Assembly (NCBI RefSeq): GCF_963676685.1
Contig: NC_092353.1
Coordinates: 84,320,001 to 84,384,000, forward strand
Length of the DNA stretch: 64,000 nt
Reading direction: 5' to 3'
Source: Mytilus edulis
Taxonomy: Eukaryota
The notes under the pieces were generated by a model. The model worked only from the letters and a program-made list of their open reading frames with translations, had not been told where the DNA came from and searched no databases. Positions 55,401 to 64,000 of the stretch are shown piece after piece. The stretch's first letter is position 1; each line of letters opens with the position of its first letter. The position numbers and the translations under genes were made by a program.

Positions 55401-58400
55401 TTTGGTATAAATAATTGATTTGACATATGCTATGGACTATTGACTTGACATAAGATACGGACTATTAACTTGACACGTTGTATGGACAATTGACTTGATA
55501 TATGGCATTGATAAGCCATAATTGACATAAGGTATAGACTAATTACTTTACATACGATAAAGACAATGATTTGACATATGGTTTGGACAATTGACTTGAC
55601 ATATGTAATATGGACAATACAATTGACATATGATATGGGCATTTGATTTGAAATATGGTATGGACTATAGATTAACATAGGATCAGGACAACGGAACTGC
55701 AATCAAGTCTTGACATTGACATTGTTGAAACATTTTCATGCCATAATAAATTGACAATTGACTTGACATATGGTATTGACTATGGAAGCAACATTATTTA
55801 TAAACATTTGACTTGACACATGATATTGCCAAGTAGCTTGACATGAGTTATAAACAATTGGTTTACCATATTGTATGGATAATTGGTTTGACATAATAAT
55901 TGATGGCATATGGGGTAGATAATTGACTTGACATCTCAATGAGATAATTGACTTGATATATTGTATAGCAAAGTGACTAGAAATCAGATATTGACAACTG
56001 GCTTGGGATAAGATATGGACAATTGATTTGACATATGGTTAAGACAGTTTACTTGACAGATGTGATGGACAATTGGTTTGATATACGGAATGGAAAATTT
56101 ACTTGACATATGGTATAGATGATTGGTTTGACATAATAAATGATTTGGCATAAGGATATATAGATAAATGGCTTGACATTTCTAACAGATAATTGACTTC
56201 ACATAGGATATAGCCAAGTATCGTGACATTAGATACAGACAACTGACTTGATATATAGTGTGGACAAATTGGTTTTGCATATAATAATTGACTTGGTATA
56301 TTGTAAAGACAATTGACATGAAATAAAGTATGGCAAAGAGGCTTGACATATGGTATTACCAAGTGCATTGATATGTATAGATAATTGACTTGGTATATGG
56401 CATAACATATGGTATAGCATATTAATCTATTGCAATAAAAAAATCATAGTATCTAATAAAATTTGTAGATTAAGCTAACAAAGTCCTCATATTTGGATAC
56501 AAGTAACATTCGTTTATAGTGGATAATTGTTTTAACGTTGAATAAGCTTCAAATAAAAATTGCTTGCTAGTCCCTCTCTGTGATTACCATTAAATATTTC
56601 TGGTTCATTTCCCAATCAATCTATCATCAAGTGAAGATAAATACTTCGATTTTCATTCAAACTCTTTTTCAAAAATGATAAACGGTTCTTTATATTGGTA
56701 TGTAATCATTTTAAACGTTTCAAATTTATGAAATTATATTCGTACATCAATGTTTTTGATATACCAATAACAAAAACTGAAATATATTCAATTGATACAT
56801 TTTGTAATTATTCAAAATTATATCATAAACCTTAACTTAATTATAAAAAAATTAACAGGTTTAGGGGAGACAATACTCGCATAACTTTTTCGAATTGGCA
56901 CATAACACAACGGAATGTCACTCTTGCATACAAATGGCACATCAATATAATTTATTAACTGTGCAATCGTGCTACACCTTCAACTATGATTCTAGATTAT
57001 AAATATAATCAAAAGTTGTTAATCTATAGATAGTGAAGCTAATGAAAGCTAACCCACTGTAAAAATATTTCTTTGCGATTTTTTAAAACTTTCTCAAAAA
57101 AATGCTCGAGCCACTTGAATTTCATAGCTCAAAATTAACGTTTATACACAATTTTTGAATAAAGTAGTTGAAGATTATTCGCTTCTTAAAATATAAGACG
57201 CAATTAAAATCGTATGCTTGCACCATCTTACCGAAATATGTATTTAATTAAGTCCTGAACATTTAGACATTTCTTCGTCTATTTTAATCAAAACCGGTTT
57301 TAAACAACTTACAAGTACGTGTTAAGATCCGACTAAATACATATTTCCCGCTATGGTCAGGTAAATTTGCTACTATTATAATATATACCTCTTAGGTTCC
57401 ATGGTATTGGGTCTTTTAAAATCTCTGTGACTTTTGAGTGTTCAATTTGTAAATCCCTATGGGAATTCTTCAGATCTATCAGATTTTTTGTAGTGCTTGA
57501 GTTTTCTGTTTGCAAAGCTGTAAGATTTTCCCTCATGGTAGAGTGTTCAATTTCTATTGTTCGTCTCAATTCCTTCATTTCTTCCTGTGATTGTTTGATT
57601 TCCAGCATAATTTCCTGGTTTGACTGATCTAAGATTTTAACCTTTAGATCTAGGCACTCCTGATTCATTGGTAAACCACCCAATCTATTTACAGCCTGAA
57701 GATAAATATTCCAGAAAGTTACCATAAACAGAGTTGCAATCTTCGTATATTCATAAGAAGTAATTATTTTTGGGTTAGGTATAGATTTTAAATTTATGAT
57801 AATGGAAAAAAAAACTCAGGAAATATATGTCACAGGATGAATACGAAATATGCCAACATTTTAGTCAATGAATTCAAGAGGGGCGAAAGATACCAGAGGA
57901 ACAGTCAAACTTATAAATCGACAATAAACTGACAACGCCAAGGCTTTAAATGAAAAAGAAAAACAGAGACATCATAGTACACAAGAAACAACATAGAAAA
58001 CTAAAGACTGAGCAACACGAATCCCACCAAAAACGGGAGGTGTTCTCAGGTGCCCTGGGAAATTGTGACTTATATATACTAGTAATAAGATGATGTACTT
58101 ATTGATATCTAAGTCTGTTTTGCACGATGTATGTCATCTACGAGGGTTTTTTTATAAGTTGTCAGTAAGTGTAGGTGCTTTTTTTCTTTACTCTTATCAC
58201 ATTATTGATTGTGAATCTGATGAGTCAAGCCCTTTTCAGATGATTTTCAAAAAAATCATGGCTGTTCGGTTTTGTAGTGATGTTTTAGTTCATTTTCGAA
58301 TAATGAGTTTATATGTCCCTTTGGTATTTTTTGCCTCTCTATTACCTATCTGTCACAGGTTAGATACGGGTTGGGTGCTCACAAACATTTTTAACAATAC

Positions 58401-59992
58401 CACAATATTTTTATGTCTATCCCAAATCAAGAGCCGCCAATTCATTGGTTTTCAGTAATTGCTGTCTACAACTTTTTTTTCGTTTAATGTTTGTTTGATA
58501 AATACGGTTGTTTATTTTGTTTTAAATATTGTGTTCATCAAGTTTTTTACAGTTTACTTAATGGTATATGTTTTGCTCATTGCTGAAACTATGCGCCGAC
58601 CTGTACAATATAATTATTTTTTAAAGAATGTACTTACATCTACTACATTTGTCCATGCTGTATTGAAATCACCTGTTGGCATGGTGTTACTATCATGATG
58701 AGCTAGTATATTTCTGTACCATTTAATCCTGGCAAGATCAGACCCTGGAGTTGTCTCCCCTGGTAGTGGTAGCTTATCAAATCCATTGATTGGAGGGGTG
58801 ACAGATGTCAAGTTTCTGATCAAACATATCATCAACGTTACATCAAAAGTTTTGGAATTCGGTACACCTGTAACAACGGCAGACATTGAACGTCAACAGC
58901 TATTCATTTCTCTTTATAAACAAAATTCGCTCTAGTAAATAACGGCAACGGTTGTCTACCGCTGTTCAAAAGTAATCAATCGATTGTGAGAAAACAGATC
59001 CGGGTTTATTATCAAAACCGAGGGTAACACATTACATACTAGTATAAGAACATAACAACGGAACAACAGAAACGCTGAAATGCAACAAACAGACGCAAAC
59101 AAACATAGCAATGAACTGTTTGGCGTGACTGGTAGATAAATTCATATATCACCATGTACGTAATACAAATTGTATAAAATTCACCATCTACTGCATCTAG
59201 ATGAGTAACCTTCTGACCGGTATTATAACGTTGGTGTTGTCTCTCTCTACTGTTCTTCTTATGTTTAGCATTAAGATATTTGAAATATTTTTACATTATT
59301 TGATTTTTGTTTTAAAGTTTTATAACACTATATTTTGTTTGTTTTTGAAAAACTTTCATTGAAAGATGGATGTATTAATCAATTCAATGACAAAATAAAT
59401 GCATATTGAGGACAAGAACAAATTAACAGACAGCAAAATAAGTAAGTCTGCAATTTATACAGAGAGTATAAAAATAATTGTTCTTTAACCAACTAAAGCC
59501 CAAGCTATTTTCTGTTTCTTTTAGCTTTACTTTAACATGTTTAATTCATGACTTTTATAGAATAAAGATAATTTGTATTAGAGCTTGGCCTAATGCTTTA
59601 TATGTGTCTGTTGATGAGGAGTGTATGTTGTCCTTCTTTTATTCCTACATTGTTGGATCCATATCACCGCAAAATCTGCATAAAATCAGATTGTCAATTC
59701 ATATCAATCAAATATAAAACAGAGCTACTGTATTTCTGTAGACATATATAGATACATACCGGTATATAAAATACGTACCATTTGTTGGAAATAAAAGATT
59801 CCACTGAGCTTGGTTTAAGATTCTCTTTTTAAACAATCCATTCAGAGTGTTGTAGTTTTTTTTCAACGTTGATGGTAGAAAAGTAGGTGGAAATTCCTTG
59901 TCAAAGAAAGTACGGACTGCTCTTGGTGTTACTCCTCTCAATAACAAAGCTAATCTGATATAATTCTCTTCTTCGTCCGAAAGAGGTGACAT
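48007..59992 (-). CDS. HEPN (DZIP3-like) - coiled coil - nSTAND3-type NTPase - ~32x ankyrin protein (NLR/STAND-like); join of complement(59779..59992, 58638..58867, 57389..57695, 48007..52487), 1743 aa
   Basis: Four exons joined at GT-AG sites with matching phases (1,0,1). Lengths 214+230+307+4481=5232 nt, divisible by 3 and open to TAG at 48007-48009. Motifs: FDVTLMICLIRNL and DLARIKWYRNILAH (HEPN), VVVTASSGTGKT (Walker A), LFVVDDFCG (Walker B), then ankyrin repeats. Domain names are from recognition, not a search. Confidence 0.88.
53443..53925. mobile_element. Foldback-type insertion: 141-bp terminal hairpin plus 3 x ~73-bp internal repeats
   Basis: Inverted repeat 53443-53583 centred on gcGAAgc. 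taaagcgcacacttgatcaa occurs three times. The insertion splits one minisatellite unit at a TA-rich site. Confidence 0.7.
54841..55138. mobile_element. Possible ~300-bp MITE
   Basis: Imperfect 13-bp TIR gagggtcgtaatg / cattactatcctc, with internal gaatcac repeats. Confidence 0.45.
57389..57695 (-). CDS. Coding exon 3: end of HEPN plus coiled-coil linker
   Basis: Acceptor TCTTCAG ends at 57696; GT donor at 57388. Heptad-like E/Q/K/L-rich sequence ending DPIPWNLR. Confidence 0.82.
58638..58867 (-). CDS. Coding exon 2: HEPN core with R-x4-H motif (RNILAH, 58698-58715)
   Basis: Acceptor TTACAG ends at 58868; donor GTAAGT starts at 58637. Translation is VPNSKTFDVTLMICLIRNL...DLARIKWYRNILAHHDS...AWTNVVD. 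Confidence 0.88.
59779..59992 (-). CDS. Coding exon 1: N-terminal helix of DZIP3-like HEPN region (MSPLSDEEENYIRLALLL...NQAQWNLLFPTN)
   Basis: ATG at 59992-59990. Donor GTACGT starts at 59778. A TTTTTTCCAG acceptor at 60060-60059 suggests the exon starts near 60058 and that a 5' UTR exon lies further upstream. Confidence 0.85.
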
Positions 59993-60384
59993 TTTTCTAG
60001 AAATCTCTCCGATTTTCAATAGTAAACTATTCCATTTTTACTTTATGGTCAATGTATACTGGAAAAAATACAAGTCCATTTCACATCACTCATGTATAGA
60101 ATATAAGAACAAATTATTGGATATGAAATATAAGTTCAGAAGGTCAGTTCTTTTTTTTTAGCAATATATAATTCCAGGTATGCTACAATAAAAACACATC
60201 TGAGCCTATATTCCCATTTACCCTTAACAGAGCTCTACTATTTGCAATTTGGCAAGAAACATATGATGATGTTAATAACATTGTGATACATAAATAAAAT
60301 AATCATCATGCTAAAGAAATGAAAGGAGCAGAACCAAATGTAAACTCAATCTAAATCACATCATAGTGGACTCAAAACTATGTA

Positions 60385-61620
60385 AAAAGTAAAATCACAA
60401 AAATACTGAACTTAGAGGAAGATCAATTGGGAAAGTCCATAATCACATGGCAAAATCAAATAACAAAACGCATCAAAAACGAATGGACAAGAACTGTCAT
60501 ATTCCTGACTTGGTACAGGCATTTTCAAATGTAGAAAATGGTGGATTAAACCTGGTTCTATAGCGCTAACCCTCTCACTTTTGTAATGACAGTCTCATCA
60601 ATTTCCGATATTTTTACATTGATGCGTTAAATAAACAGACACAATAAATATAATAGTCAAAATATGGGTACATCAGTCATCATCGTTTAACAATTTTAAA
60701 AGGAACAATTTAACAGAACACAAAAACATCTACTATCTACGAACACATTTATTGAGTGTCTGACGTCAGAAAATTTTATACGTCACATAAATTTGTCGTT
60801 CAATGTGCGTACAAACAATTTTAAAATTTTCATGGGAATGTTAGCATACAGGGTTAAAAAATCAAAAGTATGTAAGAATAAATTTAAGAAATAGACCGAG
60901 ATTTAAACTAGTCCAAAAGTTATATATAGAATTTATAAGAATCCAAAAATAGTTAATACCACTACGCGATTGAATGATTTTGACGTTTGTGGTTCAACGT
61001 ATATTGTAATTCATAATAGAAATATATCATAATGACATATAATAGAACAATATCATACTGACGGGATCTTTTAAAGTACAGAGTCACGTTATAAGAACAA
61101 AAGAAATACAAAAAGTCGCAAATACAAAACAAACCACAAAAAAATGAAAGCCAATACAAACACATTGACGAGATGTATAAGTACCGAGCCACGTGAAACG
61201 GATATCACATGAAACCATTTAACAGTAAAAGTAATATTAATAATAGAACAAAGACAAATGAAAGAACTATAAAACACGTTGTTAAGATGATAAACAACAT
61301 CAGTACGAAGAATCTATACATCAAGACCATCGTGTATTATTTGAGAAGTTGATACGGAATATTTATCAACAAGGTCTTGGTACCTTCCGATGAACTTTTT
61401 TAGAAAAAGAACGAGACGTTCTTTGACATACCCCTGTTTCATCAACTTTCTACTCAGACACTGATGACGTATTACAAAGTCTGAGTAGGAGCTGCAAGCT
61501 CTTGAATATCGAATAAGTTGGGAAATATATATCCCATATGCAGGTGAAGTTGGTATATTGCTACTAAGGTGGGGGAAATTTATGATTTCAAAATTAAAAT
61601 CGTCTCGTTTGTCATAGATT
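60385..61620 (-). mobile_element. Second Penelope-like RT family remnant with long 3' UTR
   Basis: Minus strand ~61620-61380 translates YDKRDDFNFEIINFPHLSSNIPTSPAYGIYISQLIRYSRAC. The terminus aagtaaaatcacaaaaatactgaac is shared with short fragments at ~6090, ~23620, ~31760 and, inverted, ~5380 and ~10150. Confidence 0.75.
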
Positions 61621-62624
61621 AAAAATTCAGCTCAATGTAAGAAAACTTTTATAAAAAGTATGTCTAACTGTTATCATCGTAATACAATTTTCAAAGTTCA
61701 AAGCCTGTATACGCAATGTCAGCAAACATCAGCCGAGCACAACTAAGCGTAAACTACAATTGCAACTCATCATTGTAGACTCACATATTAAAAAGTACAT
61801 CAATTACGCAAAGGCGTTAAGAAAAAAGTCCACATTACTAATTGTTGTGGAATTATGGATTGACGGAATGACAAAAAAATATCCTAATTATTTAGGTACG
61901 TGCTTTTAAGATGTATTAATAGTAAGCTCACTCCTTCTTAACAACCATAATTCATTTATCATACTTATACACAAAAAGTACTTCTTTATACAATTTTAGC
62001 TTTCACATTTGACTGTATAAGTATATATATATTCTTTAAATATATGTAATCTCATCCGAAATTTTATGCATTTTTAATGCATTTTTATTTTCGTTATTAT
62101 GTATATTATTTTTTTAACTTCTCTGTAATCTTTGTACTTGCATGGTTTTATGAGAATAAACTATCTATCTATCTTAAGAAAGTACATCTTTTGTGACATA
62201 CTTTAACAATAATGCTGTACATACTCAGGCAACAAGGTGTCATCAAACGATTCCAAACATGTCAACTTATTTGTGGAACTTATCTTGTTGACCATTTGTG
62301 CTATTTAAAGTTTTCTCCATTTCTATAATAATCTCATTATAATAGGCAAACATTTCAAAAATAAGTACATTTGTCATTTAAGGGCAATAAATTCTATAAA
62401 AAGTCGTCTTCCAGCTTGGAAGTAAATGAACAACTAATCTCATCTTTCCAAACATATCGGCCATCTTCAGATTTTCTTAATTTATAGGAGTTTCAAGTTA
62501 ATGGACAAAAACTACATGTTAACCCTTATTTCTATTTTTTACCGTGTCGACTATTTTGGTTGTCAGGCAGACACAATTTCAAACTAAATTACATAATGAT
62601 TGTGATTAGTTTGGTTACATTTAG

Positions 62625-62994
62625 ATTAGATTGATGGATGGATTGTTGGGTGATTGTTTAACGTCCAGCGGCAAATTGATATGCATATTCAGGACGAGAA
62701 CATGTTAATTTTATATGAATATTTATCCTGCTTTGTACTAGACCGATACTCTGAGTCGTTTATTTAACGTGCTAGCTCACAAGATACTAGTCCGCAGGAA
62801 GACATGTCACCTTACCCGGACACATTGTTCTGACTCCGAGCCAACCAGACTTTGCTGTAACTCATTAATGCCGCGTGCTTGGCGAAGAAGCAGCAAAAAA
62901 ATAATTAAGTCTTTGGTTTGATCCTGATGGTGTTCGAACCCATGACCTCCCGCACTAGAGACGAACGCGCTACCACGAGAACACCGAGACGGTT
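62625..62994 (-). mobile_element. tRNA-derived SINE
   Basis: Minus-strand head with A-box-like GTGGTAGCGCG and B-box GGTTCGAAC, a body, and a (CAAT/CCAT)n-like tail after ggacgttaaac. Confidence 0.7.
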
Positions 62995-63134
62995 CATTTG
63001 GATTTCAAGATTCAGAGAAAAGGAGTGTTGTTAAGTATGTAAAAGTTAACAAAGCCGGGTGGTTGCGAAGTGAATAGAAAAACTCCATTGCCATGAGAAA
63101 GCGGTGTAAATGCACAATATAAAAAAAAACTATA

Positions 63135-63870
63135 AAAGAGGGGCGAAAGATACCAGTGGAACAGTCAAACTCATAAATCGAATATAAACTAACAACGCCA
63201 TGGCTGAAAATGAAAGACATACAGACACGCAAGAGAACACAAGAAACAATATAGAAAACTCAAGACTGAGCAATTCGAAACAACCCCACCAAAAACTGGA
63301 GGTGATTTCAGGTGCTCCAGTTAGGTAAGCAGATCTTGCTCCACATGTGGCACCCGTCGTGTTGCTCATGTTATTACAAACCCGGTAAATGAAGTCTAAT
63401 TCGGTAGGTTACATTCATGAAAAGGGAAGGGAATTGTAGTTACGACTTAAGAAACATATCCGATATCAACTGTGAAACGGTTATGCCATACCAGTCAACC
63501 AACTCGTGATAGCGTCCGTAAAATTTACGAAGGGATGATTTCAACTTCATCATTTGGAACTCTTGGATTAATAGCTTCCTTGTAAGCAGCAATCCTCTAT
63601 CAAGGAAATCATGATAGGAAATACAAGTCTGGGAATATTATATCAATAGGGAGATATATACTCCGTATGCAGGCACTGCAGGAATGATGCTACATAAAAA
63701 TGGAAAGTTCACAATTCAGAAAATGAAATCATCTCACTTGTCGTAAAGTTTTGTTTTCAACCGACCCTATTTTCAATTTCTAGATGTAAGTCAAGATATT
63801 AGGCAGACTTAACTTTATCTGTTGTATCCTTTATCTCTACTTCGAAAGGATAAATGCGTTGAACATAGCC
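63135..63870 (-). mobile_element. Decayed copy of the same Penelope-like RT element
   Basis: Colinear with 18676-19322 (aagaggg(a/g)cgaaagatacc... to ...tgtcgtaaagttttg). Confidence 0.75.
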
Positions 63871-64000
63871 ACCAGTCTGTTGAAAAACACGTCCTCCAAA
63901 CGTAACAAATATGTTGTCAAGAATCAGTTTTAAAGGAATTAATTAATCAGATCGAAATAAAGAAAAAAATTTGAAAAAAAAGACAGGATTTGCCAGGGTA

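Larger units (their letters stand above)
52550..56420. repeat. ~3.9-kb degenerate 25-29-bp minisatellite filling intron 3 of the HEPN-STAND gene
   Basis: Recurrent ttgacatatggtatagacaattgac, with a more homogeneous subtype (gacataacatctatagggta) at 53260-54460. Confidence 0.9.

Noticed and set aside
52528-56420. Cys/Tyr-rich short ORFs (MSIICTVCQVKCLY...)
   Set aside because: Translations of the intronic minisatellite.
58217-58260. CTGATGA as a further hammerhead core
   Set aside because: No stem II followed by GAAA and no stem I partner. It is part of a dispersed repeat also seen inverted near 25050-25085.
62920-62994. tRNA gene
   Set aside because: A and B boxes are present but there is no complete cloverleaf, and it continues into a SINE body and tail.

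Overview
AT-rich, intron-containing animal genomic DNA. The repeat families and gene type look like a Mytilus-like bivalve (inference). Main content: (1) a minus-strand four-coding-exon gene (59992 to 48007, 1743 aa by my splicing) encoding a DZIP3-like HEPN domain with an intact R-x4-H motif, a coiled coil, an nSTAND3-type STAND NTPase and about 32 near-identical 33-aa ankyrin repeats. Past its first stop codon the same 99-bp array continues for ~8.5 kb (~85 more units, in higher-order blocks with duplicated nonsense codons) down to what looks like the ancestral C-terminal cap and stop at 39479. (2) A decayed, intron-retaining 3' fragment of CEP162 (29510-34528). (3) Two arrays of a ~3.5-kb macrosatellite (1-7000, 10545-24535), one carrying a 349-bp tandem retrozyme with three hammerhead ribozyme motifs. 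(4) Many smaller repeats: a 107-bp satellite, Helentron/HINE-type elements, TIR MITEs, Penelope-like RT remnants, a tRNA-derived SINE, minisatellites and a 141-bp hairpin. The best candidate for an undescribed system is the HEPN-STAND-ankyrin immune-receptor-like gene with a DARPin-like variable array and a silent downstream reservoir of repeat cassettes.
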